From: a virus
Direction: 5' to 3' (one strand)
IMG/VR virus record: IMGVR_UViG_3300003690_000090
Location: 1 to 64,000 of that record
DNA: 64,000 nt
Part shown: positions 17,332 through 26,154 of the stretch, in pieces
Layout: every line of letters begins with the position of its first letter
How positions within the stretch are numbered: position 1 is the first letter of the stretch
Notes under the pieces: model-generated
Told to the model about the DNA's origin: nothing
What the model saw: only the letters and a program-made list of their open reading frames with translations
The model's database searches: none
Position numbers and translations under genes: made by a program

Positions 17332-18126
17332 ATGCTGATTCGGCGTGGAGCTCGGGGAGAGCGTGTTCGTGAGATCCAAAAAGTTTTGAACAGGCTTGGG
17401 TTTGGCCCTCTTGTCGAAGACGGGATCTACGGCCGGGCGAGTGTAAGTGCTGTTCGTTTGTTCCAAGTCGCCGAGCGATTGTCCGCAGACGGCATCATCG
17501 GCCCGAAGACCTTGGCGGCATTGAACGGCGACCCAGCGCCAAATACGGGCCAGGAAACGGCTGTCGAGCCAGACATCATCAAGGCGGTTCGGCAGAAAGG
17601 CTACCAAGTCCACGAAGACGGCCAATGCAATATCATCGGCGTCAGAAACTCGAACGGCCAGGTCAATAGCTTCGACGATGTCATCCACCTGGTTTGGAAG
17701 AGCAATGGATGGCAGCACAACCAATATCCATGCACTTGCGACCCAGGCAACTACTGGCTGGAGTCTCCAATGCGGGTGGAAGGTACTGCCATCATGGTGC
17801 CTGGGCAGTATGTCGATGCCTACTGCTGGGGCTTGCACCGTGGCCAGTATGAGACGTTGGTTCAACGTGGGCCTGGCGATCCGGTCAAGGTCTACCGAGA
17901 CGCCAACAAGGACGAGGTTCTGGACATGGACCCGTCAACGATTGAGCTTGGCCATGGCTTAAATCTACATCACGCCGGCACGGATTCAACGAACGTAGAG
18001 AAGTGGAGCGCCGGATGCCAGGTGTTCAAACGCCTTGCCGATTGGAAGGATGCAGTTAGAATCTGGAAATCCACACAGGCGGATCTCTTCACCTACACGT
18101 TGATTCTGGAAGACGACCTGCCATAA
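17332..18126 (+). CDS. Endolysin: N-terminal peptidoglycan-binding domain plus L,D-transpeptidase-like (His/Cys) catalytic domain
   Basis: PG_binding_1 signature (G..VREIQ..L, DGIYG, AVRLFQ, DGIIGPKT); C-terminal LHHAG...WSAGCQV resembles the YkuD-type H...SxGC motif. Confidence 0.8.
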   Translation: MLIRRGARGERVREIQKVLNRLGFGPLVEDGIYGRASVSAVRLFQVAERLSADGIIGPKTLAALNGDPAPNTGQETAVEPDIIKAVRQKGYQVHEDGQCNIIGVRNSNGQVNSFDDVIHLVWKSNGWQHNQYPCTCDPGNYWLESPMRVEGTAIMVPGQYVDAYCWGLHRGQYETLVQRGPGDPVKVYRDANKDEVLDMDPSTIELGHGLNLHHAGTDSTNVEKWSAGCQVFKRLADWKDAVRIWKSTQADLFTYTLILEDDLP

Positions 18127-18150
18127 ATCTCTGTGGAATAAGGAGACGTC

Positions 18151-18351
<201 letters not shown>

Positions 18352-18380
18352 TCCTCATTCGCGCCGCCCCTTGAGGTTGG

Positions 18381-19019
18381 TCAAACAGCCTCGATACCTT
18401 CCTTGGCCGTAGCATTCTTTGTGGGTGCTGCGGCCTGGCCGTCAGCCATCGTGCTGATGAGTTCCTTCAGAAGAACCTTGAGCTCATCGTCTCCGGTGCT
18501 TCGGCTCGTGAGCGCGTTCAGAACTTCGTCGGGAAGCGGCGAGGTCGTCACGTTGACGTTCACAGCAGGCGCACCGTTGTGGTACTGCAAGTCATCAGCG
18601 TTGTTCGCATCGACCCACCGGACCACAAGCATGATGCATTCATGGCCCGAACCGTCGCGCCGAATGTCGGCCTCGAACTCCATCGGCTTCCACTCGCCAT
18701 TGCCCTGGGTGTGCTCAATGTGCTTGAGCATATCCTTGAGTACGCCATCGACGCTCACCTCGAAACGGGACGAACCAATGTTGCCAAGCAAGCCAATAAG
18801 CTTCCACTTGCTATCCGTTAGGCGGGTACGGTGCTGCGACCAGGCCTTCGCAGTTTTCTTGTCGATCAGCACGCTTTCACCAACTGTACGGACGATTTTC
18901 AAGAACTCGTCCGCACGCATGATGACGTCTTCTTCCTCATCATCATTCTTCTTCTTGTTGCTGGGCTTCAAGCCGATCTTGTTGGCGTTGATGGTTTCCA
19001 TTTCAGTAAGCAAAGACAT
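18381..19019 (-). CDS. Hypothetical protein (212 aa)
   Basis: AAGGAG RBS; follows recT. Confidence 0.7.
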   Translation of the reverse strand: MSLLTEMETINANKIGLKPSNKKKNDDEEEDVIMRADEFLKIVRTVGESVLIDKKTAKAWSQHRTRLTDSKWKLIGLLGNIGSSRFEVSVDGVLKDMLKHIEHTQGNGEWKPMEFEADIRRDGSGHECIMLVVRWVDANNADDLQYHNGAPAVNVNVTTSPLPDEVLNALTSRSTGDDELKVLLKELISTMADGQAAAPTKNATAKEGIEAV

Positions 19020-19055
19020 GTAGGCACTCCTTAGGCCTGGTGGGTATATCTCGAT

Positions 19056-20009
19056 TTAGGCGAACGGGTCGACGTTGTCGGGTTCCTCCAGAACCTCTTC
19101 TTCCGGTTCTGGATGAAACAGTTCTACCGGTTCTACCTGTTCTGCCGGTGCAGCCTCGACAACCTTCTTGGCCCTGCTCTTCCGCTTTTTCGTCGGTTCC
19201 GGGGGGGCATCCGCATCAATGGTCTCGGTGGCGTTGAACAGTGCCTTCTCGCCGGCATCCTTCTCGAGATCCTTGCGAACGACTTCTGGCACAAACATGT
19301 CCTTGTCCTGGCCGGCGATGTCGGTCACGATATCGTGCTCGAGGGCCGCTTTGGCGTCAGCTGTGAGCGGCAGGTACTTGCAGATCCGGCGGATGACCGT
19401 CTTGCGCCACATCTCCTCGGTGTGTGTGACCCAGGGCCCAGAGTTTCCACTCCGAGCTGACTTGCGGATTGTTTCGATCTGGTCTCGGCGCATGACTTCG
19501 ACCTGTTTCTGTCCATCCTTGAAGAAGCAGACAGCGTAGGCAAGGATTAGTTGGCCAGGATCCCCGTTGTACTTGGGCTCATGATGAAGCACTTCGCCTT
19601 GTTCCAGATCAAACGAGTGCGTGAACACCTCGTTCTCATGAACGACGCGAGCCACGAAGTTCGCAACGTCGCCGGAGCGGCGCACCAGTTCCATCAGGCC
19701 GGTGTAGTCAATCCACAGCTCGGCCTCCATGCAGCTCCGTTTCTTGTTGTACAGGGGAACCAGGTGGGCTCGGTGGAGAACGCCTCCCGCAACAAGGTTG
19801 AGCTCACAGGCCTTGGCCAGTGAGGTGTAGATCGACTCTGGGCTGCAGTCCAAGAGCCGTTCGTTCTTGTAGGCCTCGAAGCAGGCCAGGCTGACGATGC
19901 GTTCAATGTCGGTGCCCTTGGGCGCGATTCGCTGAAGGGTCGGAGACTTTCTCTCCAGGTAGTCCTTGATGTTTCCTAGCTTTCTTTGAGGTGTAAGTGC
20001 TGTCGTCAT
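19056..20009 (-). CDS. recT: RecT-family single-strand annealing recombinase
   Basis: CSPESI, AHLVP, IDYTGLMELVRRSG, GPWVTHTEEMWRKTVIRRICKYLP motifs. Confidence 0.93.
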   Translation of the reverse strand: MTTALTPQRKLGNIKDYLERKSPTLQRIAPKGTDIERIVSLACFEAYKNERLLDCSPESIYTSLAKACELNLVAGGVLHRAHLVPLYNKKRSCMEAELWIDYTGLMELVRRSGDVANFVARVVHENEVFTHSFDLEQGEVLHHEPKYNGDPGQLILAYAVCFFKDGQKQVEVMRRDQIETIRKSARSGNSGPWVTHTEEMWRKTVIRRICKYLPLTADAKAALEHDIVTDIAGQDKDMFVPEVVRKDLEKDAGEKALFNATETIDADAPPEPTKKRKSRAKKVVEAAPAEQVEPVELFHPEPEEEVLEEPDNVDPFA

Positions 20010-20971
20010 GGTTTGGCTCCAAGCACGCGAAAGACCCGGGCGCCGTCGCGATCTGAAAGGTAGGACTCATAAAGATCCGGGTGGTCCTGTTGAAACTTCT
20101 TCTGGTCGAATCGCTTGGAACTCTTGTTTTGTTTCCAAGAAGCGATTCCATCAATGCCTTCACTGTCGCCGATTGCAGCCCTGAGCTTGTTTTCAATCTC
20201 ATTCTTTTCATCGGTGCTCGCTTTGACTTTCCGACGAACCTCGAGCAATCGTTCATGGAGCTCGATTTCCTCTCCCGTGGCTGCACGCAAAACGTGTTCC
20301 TTGACTCGGGGATGCATCATTGAAAGCGCACTCTTGGCGAAATCGCTTCCATCTGGCGATGGCGGTGCATTGCCATCAATGTGTTTTTCCCACCAGGCGA
20401 TGGCGGTGTCCAGAATCTGACCGCCCAGCTCCTTGTCTCTGTCGATCCTGTACTCGCGGTAGTCATCCATTCCAATGAGTACAGCCACATCCCAGAAGGG
20501 CATATCGGTGACTTCCATGTAGACGCGGCACTGTATTTCCACATCCAACGGAACTAGGCCTGTTCCGCTATCTCCCCACCCCTCACGCCTGCGACGTGTC
20601 TTGATTTCCAGACCCCAAGTCGAGTCGTCGTCCCCAACGATAATTCGATCCGGTGTTCCGAAGATCTTCGCCATGCCGGAGTGCCAAACCAGGCCGCACT
20701 CTTTGACCTTGATGCCTGTATGGTTTTCCGCGTAGATCTCGGACACGTACTTTTCCATGACCCGGCCGCGCTTCATGGCGGGATTGTCCGACTGTGCCTC
20801 GATCTCATGCCGCATCTTGTTTGACCAGAGCGCAAACAAGCTCTTGCCAAATGAGCCAACCTTCATCTCTTTGTCGGCTGAAGCGCAGATGATGGAGGCG
20901 ATGTCTGTGCCGCCTAGTCCCCCTTTTCGTTCTCGGAGCCAGGCTTCGCGTTCGTTGGTTGTCTGTTCCAT
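20006..20971 (-). CDS. YqaJ/lambda-exonuclease family recombination nuclease
   Basis: WLRERKGGLGGTD, G..ME, TPDR, LEIKT, Q...YM motifs; paired with recT; start placed at ATG 20971 from the promoter position. Confidence 0.92.
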   Translation of the reverse strand: MEQTTNEREAWLRERKGGLGGTDIASIICASADKEMKVGSFGKSLFALWSNKMRHEIEAQSDNPAMKRGRVMEKYVSEIYAENHTGIKVKECGLVWHSGMAKIFGTPDRIIVGDDDSTWGLEIKTRRRREGWGDSGTGLVPLDVEIQCRVYMEVTDMPFWDVAVLIGMDDYREYRIDRDKELGGQILDTAIAWWEKHIDGNAPPSPDGSDFAKSALSMMHPRVKEHVLRAATGEEIELHERLLEVRRKVKASTDEKNEIENKLRAAIGDSEGIDGIASWKQNKSSKRFDQKKFQQDHPDLYESYLSDRDGARVFRVLGAKP

Positions 20972-20977
20972 GAAGCA

Positions 20978-21006
20978 ATCGTAGTCACCGCCCATTACCG
21001 TGTCAA
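20978..21006 (-). promoter_or_regulatory. sigma70-type promoter for yqaJ-recT
   Basis: TTGACA-17 bp-TACGAT on the minus strand. Confidence 0.75.
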
Positions 21007-21023
21007 GGAGCCACGCATGCGGG

Positions 21024-21052
21024 TGGACAAATTATGGTCTACTGGGTATTCT
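21024..21052 (+). promoter_or_regulatory. sigma70-type promoter for the HTH gene (divergent)
   Basis: TGGACA-17 bp-TATTCT. Confidence 0.65.
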
Positions 21053-21072
21053 TCCCGACGGAGACGGCGCTA

Positions 21073-21315
21073 ATGGCCACGGTTGAGCAATATCGAATGG
21101 CCCTTCCTGGGCGCAGTAGTCGTGCCGCGTTTACCGAATGGTTGAACGAACAGCTCGAACCAATGGATCAGGGTCTAAGTGTTCACTATCTAAGAGACCT
21201 AGAGCGGGGCAGAAAGATTCCATCACTATCATTGGCTGTCGCCATCTACCGCGCAACTAGCGGTGTGGTCTCACCCGCTGAGTGGCCTGGCCTCTCTTTC
21301 AAACTTCGGCTTTGA
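21073..21315 (+). CDS. XRE/Cro-like HTH regulator
   Basis: LSVHYLRDLERGRKIPSLSLAVAIYRATSGVV is a Cro-like pattern; GGAG RBS. Confidence 0.8.
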   Translation: MATVEQYRMALPGRSSRAAFTEWLNEQLEPMDQGLSVHYLRDLERGRKIPSLSLAVAIYRATSGVVSPAEWPGLSFKLRL

Positions 21316-21522
21316 GTGGCGGCACCAGGTGCATACCTTGTTCAAGTCAATCAGCAACAGCACGGACCCTGGGCCACACTTGGCGCACCGGCCTGGGATT
21401 ACTTCTCCGGCCTGGCCATCGAGTGCGTATACGTCACCATGCCGAACAACCGTTTCATTGGGGATGTCTTCCCAGTTAATTACATGGCCTGGGAACGGTA
21501 CGATCACGCCTGAAGTTTTCAC
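21271..21522 (-). CDS. Possible small Zn-binding protein
   Basis: CAKC...CTWC; lies antisense between two plus-strand genes, so uncertain. Confidence 0.35.
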   Translation of the reverse strand: MKTSGVIVPFPGHVINWEDIPNETVVRHGDVYALDGQAGEVIPGRCAKCGPGSVLLLIDLNKVCTWCRHSKPKFEREARPLSG

Positions 21523-21550
21523 AAATCCATACTAACAAACGGAGCCGCAG

Positions 21551-21862
21551 ATGCCTCTCATCGATCGAGTCAAACTTCTACATATCAAACAGAACTGGAA
21601 ACGGATGAACCTAAGCAAGGTTCTGCCCGAGCTTCTGGCTTACATTCGTGAGCTCGAAGACATGTTGGAGTCTGGCCAAATCACCGTCAATGTTGGCGCC
21701 ATCAAGGCCACCATCGACGCCGGCCCCGACGGCAGGCTGGGCACCAAAGACGATTCCGTGAAGCTCAGTCGAGCCAAGAGGAAGCCTGCAGCCAAGAAGC
21801 GGGCACCGGCCAAGAAGCGGGCACCGGCCAAGAAGCGGGCACCGGCCAAGAAGAAGTCCTAG
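21551..21862 (+). CDS. Small protein with histone-H1-like basic tail
   Basis: GGAG RBS; GPDGRLGTKDD motif; (AKKRAP)x3 tail. Confidence 0.75.
   Translation: MPLIDRVKLLHIKQNWKRMNLSKVLPELLAYIRELEDMLESGQITVNVGAIKATIDAGPDGRLGTKDDSVKLSRAKRKPAAKKRAPAKKRAPAKKRAPAKKKS
21791..21853 (+). repeat. 18-bp tandem repeat x3.5 (GCCAAGAAGCGGGCACCG)
   Basis: Read directly. Confidence 0.95.
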
Positions 21863-22038
21863 GACTCGATCTCTGTTCGCAGCGTAGCTGTCATCAACTG
21901 GAATTTTGAGAGCTCTTTGGTCAGCATCTCGTAGCTAGGCCCATAGGCGACCATGTCGCCATCTTCGTCCACTACAATCCAACCCTTCTCATTTCGATCG
22001 AGATTCCAGCCTTCTGGCAACGTGACTGGGGCACTCAT
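21859..22038 (-). CDS. Hypothetical protein (59 aa)
   Basis: ATGA overlap with upstream gene; MSAPVTLPEGW... Confidence 0.55.
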   Translation of the reverse strand: MSAPVTLPEGWNLDRNEKGWIVVDEDGDMVAYGPSYEMLTKELSKFQLMTATLRTEIES

Positions 22039-22568
22039 CGCAGCGTCGGACATCCCTCGTAGGGCACCAGGTTGTTCATGTAGTCCATCACGAACGCCTC
22101 GTGCCAAGCTCTCGCTGACTCCATGAAGGAGCGCACGAAGCATTCCTCGGACAGAAGGTTCCAGAACGTCTCCTCTTCTCGTCCCAGCATACGACGGGAT
22201 TCGTTTGCGTGCTTCCACAACTGGTATGGACGCATCGACAACCATTCCTGTATCCCGGCCAACTCAACGTCATTTGGCAATTCATCATCGCGCTCGAGGT
22301 TGAAGAGCGCATCACCAACGGCCAGGTAGACATCGCTCATGAGCTCGGGCTGTATGTCTTCCGTGTCCCAAACAGGATCCGGCAACATCGCATTGATTCC
22401 GATCATGATGATCTTCAGCAGTGCGCCGCTTTCGACCATGGATTCGATTTCAGTGGCCGTTGAATCGTAGCGACCAAACAGCGCCCTGACGGAGCAAGGA
22501 AAGCCCAGCTCGGATTGCAAATCAATCTTGTCGGATTTCGATAGGTATGTTTCTACTTGTTCGTTCAT
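22035..22568 (-). CDS. Hypothetical acidic protein
   Basis: AGGA RBS before MNEQVETY; operon spacing. Confidence 0.65.
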   Translation of the reverse strand: MNEQVETYLSKSDKIDLQSELGFPCSVRALFGRYDSTATEIESMVESGALLKIIMIGINAMLPDPVWDTEDIQPELMSDVYLAVGDALFNLERDDELPNDVELAGIQEWLSMRPYQLWKHANESRRMLGREEETFWNLLSEECFVRSFMESARAWHEAFVMDYMNNLVPYEGCPTLR

Positions 22569-22572
22569 AGTC

Positions 22573-22995
22573 CTAGGACGGGTCTGCGAGGTTGTCTCTT
22601 GTTGCAGCAGAGGCGGAAATCCTGTTGACGTAGCCCATGACATTGATCACGTCGGCGCTGCCGGCATAGGCTGCGATTCGCCTGGCCGTAGTGCCATTGC
22701 CCTTGAGTGGTTGACCCGGCAGCACAAGCATCCACCCGCTCTTTGGCGGTACTGTGAAGATGCTTCTTTGGTCTACCGCAGCTGTTGCTGTGGATAGGTA
22801 CCCAACATGCATCGTGACCTCCACAGGAGCTGCCGATGTGTTGGTCATCCAAAGCCACACCTCATCCTTGCGTCTCTTCGAAATCAAAGTGTCGTGAATG
22901 AATGTCCCATTGCCGCTGGTATCGGTGATCTTGATGGGCTCGCCGTCACCTTCCGTGCCCCCTGGGCTGAGATTGATTTTAATGTAGGCAGGCAT
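22573..22995 (-). CDS. Paralog of structural protein 13766..14125
   Basis: GTFIHD, DEVWLWMTN, PG, VMGYVNRI. Confidence 0.75.
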   Translation of the reverse strand: MPAYIKINLSPGGTEGDGEPIKITDTSGNGTFIHDTLISKRRKDEVWLWMTNTSAAPVEVTMHVGYLSTATAAVDQRSIFTVPPKSGWMLVLPGQPLKGNGTTARRIAAYAGSADVINVMGYVNRISASAATRDNLADPS

Positions 22996-23003
22996 GTTGA
23001 ATC

Positions 23004-24362
23004 CTAGAAGTATGACCCGTCATCTTCGACCTCTTTCGGCCTGTCTATGGCAATGATATCGCCTGGCTTTGACCAGAGATAGGTGCGGGTTCCTTTGTGC
23101 ATCTTTCTCACCCTCTCGTAACCGAGAGAACGCATGATCGTTCCAACCCGCATTTCGGCTGGCTTGCTCATCTGGTATGGCTCCAGCTTTAGGGGGTCTT
23201 GCATGATCTCTTGGGTCGTGATCTGGTTCGTATACTTGGCAGCCAACCAAACGATTAGCATTTCTTCCCACGGATCTTGCTGTCGGTATTCATCCGAGAC
23301 CTGCTGCAGGTCTTCTTCCAGATCGCTCTGCAGCCACCAGGCCTCATTGTTTCGGTAGGCTACTACCGCCTCTGCCCACAACTGTTCTCGGTTGGCATTG
23401 AGCCAATCAAGATTCACAGTACCAACCTCGACGGGCCAGAAGCGCCTCGAGCCAGTCATGTCCGAAATGAAGGACTTCTCGTTGGTGGTGCCGCAGAACA
23501 CACAGTGCCGCTTCTTCGTGACTGCGTGGCGCCCGTATGCTGGGCGGTAGGTGTCTTCTTGAGCTGACAGAAATGCCTTGGTAGCGGAGTTCGCACTCTT
23601 ACGAATGGAGTCGAGCTCGGCCACCTCGTAGATCCAGGTGCGCTGGATCTGCGCATAGGCGTTTGGTGAACCGATATCCATCGGGGTATCGCAGAAGTAC
23701 TGCTCACCAGCCAGGGTGCGAAACGCTGTGCTCTTGCGGGCACCCTGCTTGCCGATCAGGATGAGGACGGTGTCTGCCTTGCATCCTGGTTGCATTGCGC
23801 GTGCAACGGCCTGAATCAGCCAGCGACGGCCCACATCCCGATGTAGTTCATTGTCTGCCGCCCCGACGCCCCTGATCAGCCACTCCGAAATGCGCGGCGT
23901 TCCATCCCAACTGCAGGCCTCGAGCCATTCTATCAGTGGGTTCCGCTTGCGTTCTTCGCCAATGAGAGACGCAACCTCGGTGACCAGGCCTGTATTAAGC
24001 CGTACATCGTAGACTTCCTCCAGCCAGATGGCGATGCGGGTGTCGTCTGTGTCTCGATACTCCTGGTCAGCAAGCATCAGCACGTTTCGAAAGTCGTCTT
24101 TCCAGACCTTCTTACGCCAACGCCGGTCATGAGAAATGATCAGGTAAGCGTTTCTCTTGGTGGGGCGAACGGCCTGTGTTCCATCCTTGGTGGTCATCAT
24201 CTGCAGCATAGACAGGACGCTGCTGCTGGCTTGCGCTTCTTGGTTTGGACTGCCCGTAGGTATGCCGTCTTTGCCCACAGGCCCAGCATCCACGGCTGCC
24301 TCCATGAGCTCAACAAGAGTGGGTGCGTTTGCTTCGGTCAGGGTTTCAGACAGGTCAGGCAA
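23004..24362 (-). CDS. VirE/VapE-family P-loop helicase (primase-associated)
   Basis: WDGTPR, PGCKAD, Walker A GKQGARKST, EVAEL, YRPAYG, GTTN, TGSRRFWP, QLWAEA. Confidence 0.92.
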   Translation of the reverse strand: MPDLSETLTEANAPTLVELMEAAVDAGPVGKDGIPTGSPNQEAQASSSVLSMLQMMTTKDGTQAVRPTKRNAYLIISHDRRWRKKVWKDDFRNVLMLADQEYRDTDDTRIAIWLEEVYDVRLNTGLVTEVASLIGEERKRNPLIEWLEACSWDGTPRISEWLIRGVGAADNELHRDVGRRWLIQAVARAMQPGCKADTVLILIGKQGARKSTAFRTLAGEQYFCDTPMDIGSPNAYAQIQRTWIYEVAELDSIRKSANSATKAFLSAQEDTYRPAYGRHAVTKKRHCVFCGTTNEKSFISDMTGSRRFWPVEVGTVNLDWLNANREQLWAEAVVAYRNNEAWWLQSDLEEDLQQVSDEYRQQDPWEEMLIVWLAAKYTNQITTQEIMQDPLKLEPYQMSKPAEMRVGTIMRSLGYERVRKMHKGTRTYLWSKPGDIIAIDRPKEVEDDGSYF

Positions 24363-25380
24363 GGGTTCGCTCCAGTGGAAGCCTATAGACCTTGCGTGGC
24401 GCTAAGGTCTTGGCGATCGTGCTAGCGTATTCATCACCTTGTTCGTCTGGGTCACACCCGATGTAAATGGTTGCGTTGTCTGGCACGTTGAGAGAGGAGA
24501 GTGAGGAGAAGGATCCGGAGGCACCGGAGATAATAGCGAGGTTGGTATTGGCCTTTGTAACTTCCGAGCAAGCCATGAGAAGGTCTGTGATGCCTTCGCA
24601 GATCAAAAGGCCGTATAGATCCTTTGCTGGGTTGCCCTTCATCAACATCATCCCTTCGCGGTTGGCCATAAAAAGACCGCCGGCCTCGACGCCCATAGGC
24701 CACCTGGTCTTCGGGGCATCGTCTCGGTCAAAGACTGACCTGGCGTGAATGCTGGCAAAGGTGCCATCGATTTCGAACGCCGGAACGATGATCTTCCACT
24801 GGGAGCTCCATCGCTTGGGCCACCACTGTGGCCAGTGGTGTTGGTCTGGGTGTGGCAGCACCTTGGCCACACCCGACTTGATCAGCGATGGTATGTCGAG
24901 CTGTCTGCGTTCGAGAAACCGCAACACCGCTGCGTCTGCTCCTGAATCCGTGAGTGTCTCTATCTTCCTGCTTGCAGCCCAGAGAGCCAGAACCTCTTCC
25001 TGCTTGGGTCGCTGTCTCTCCCTGGGTTCGCGTCGTTTGGGTTGCGCCACCGGGGTACCGTTTGTGTGCTGCGCGATCCATCCGCGCTGGAGGTACCACT
25101 CTCTCACAGTCCGCTTCTTCTCTGCGGTCAGATTTCGGAGCCTGTCGCCCTCCAGCTTCATAGCCACCAGATCGACCCCATCACCGCCCGTACCGCAGGC
25201 GTGGCACTTCCATCCACGGTCATCCATGGCCACACCAACCGGTCCGCGCCGGTCATTACTTCCCCGAGTCTCGGCTCCACAATGCGGGCATGGGCTCAAA
25301 GATCTACCGCGCCCCGGGTTCAGGCCGACAGCAGTAGCTATGGTGCCAAGTGGCACCTCTTTTGCCGACTGAATCCACAT
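24355..25380 (-). CDS. DNA primase (Zn finger plus Toprim)
   Basis: CPHC...WKCHACG.GGD Zn finger; ICEGITD and DPDEQG Toprim motifs. Confidence 0.85.
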   Translation of the reverse strand: MWIQSAKEVPLGTIATAVGLNPGRGRSLSPCPHCGAETRGSNDRRGPVGVAMDDRGWKCHACGTGGDGVDLVAMKLEGDRLRNLTAEKKRTVREWYLQRGWIAQHTNGTPVAQPKRREPRERQRPKQEEVLALWAASRKIETLTDSGADAAVLRFLERRQLDIPSLIKSGVAKVLPHPDQHHWPQWWPKRWSSQWKIIVPAFEIDGTFASIHARSVFDRDDAPKTRWPMGVEAGGLFMANREGMMLMKGNPAKDLYGLLICEGITDLLMACSEVTKANTNLAIISGASGSFSSLSSLNVPDNATIYIGCDPDEQGDEYASTIAKTLAPRKVYRLPLERTLA

Positions 25381-25417
25381 GGTGTCTCCGTGGAAGATTC
25401 GCCGACTGACGCTATAG

Positions 25418-25702
25418 TCAGTCAGTCAGTTCCAGGGAGAAGTCGAGTTCGCCAGCGGGGTTGACAGTAAAGCTCATTTCGATGCCAACTTCCTTCTTGG
25501 CCCGTTTGGCGTACTTGATCATCGTGTCCAACAGTGGTGCTGGGCGGGTGCCTTGAATCATGTGCCAAAGCGCTGTGTGGCTCGTGCCAATGACCCTGGC
25601 GACAGGCCGGTACCCGCCACCCACTGCGTCGACCAGCGCTTGAAGTGCTGGGACTGTGTTGACTCGTTCTTTCGCTGCTACGTATTTGCTGCTGCCTGAC
25701 AT
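25418..25702 (-). CDS. Small HTH DNA-binding protein
   Basis: YRPVARVIGTSHTALWHMIQG HTH pattern. Confidence 0.65.
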   Translation of the reverse strand: MSGSSKYVAAKERVNTVPALQALVDAVGGGYRPVARVIGTSHTALWHMIQGTRPAPLLDTMIKYAKRAKKEVGIEMSFTVNPAGELDFSLELTD

Positions 25703-25705
25703 GAT

Positions 25706-26092
25706 CTATCCTTGAAACAGGTGGTAAACGGTTTTGCTTTCGGTGCTTTGCTCGGAGCGCTCTGCCATCAGGATCACTTCTCCGGCATCGTCGCCGTGGT
25801 AGTCGGTCACCATCTTTCGGATTGAGATCGTCTCTCCAAGATTGTAGGGTTCGTCGCTCTTGGGCAGCTCGATGACGATGTCATCGAATGCCAGGTCAAT
25901 CATCGGAACGATGTTCGTGTGAATGCCTCGGGTGCCCATGCATTCGTAAGACCCGATCCCATGGTCCTCAAAGCGGATTGGGCTTTCTGCGAGAACGCCG
26001 CAGAGCTTATCGTGAATCAGGTCACACACATCGAGTTCGTAGTTCTTGTCGTACTGAACAAGAAAGCGTCTTTGCGGATGTTTGCCGTCCAT
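25706..26092 (-). CDS. Hypothetical protein with its own promoter
   Basis: AC-rich leader with GAGG RBS before MDGKHPQ. Confidence 0.6.
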   Translation of the reverse strand: MDGKHPQRRFLVQYDKNYELDVCDLIHDKLCGVLAESPIRFEDHGIGSYECMGTRGIHTNIVPMIDLAFDDIVIELPKSDEPYNLGETISIRKMVTDYHGDDAGEVILMAERSEQSTESKTVYHLFQG

Positions 26093-26116
26093 TTTGTTCC
26101 TCGTGTTTGTGTAGTC

Positions 26117-26145
26117 AATGTAGGTAACCCCCTGCTGTCTGTCAA
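26117..26145 (-). promoter_or_regulatory. sigma70-type promoter upstream of the primase/helicase genes
   Basis: TTGACA-17 bp-TACATT. Confidence 0.75.
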
Positions 26146-26154
26146 GGTAACAGC

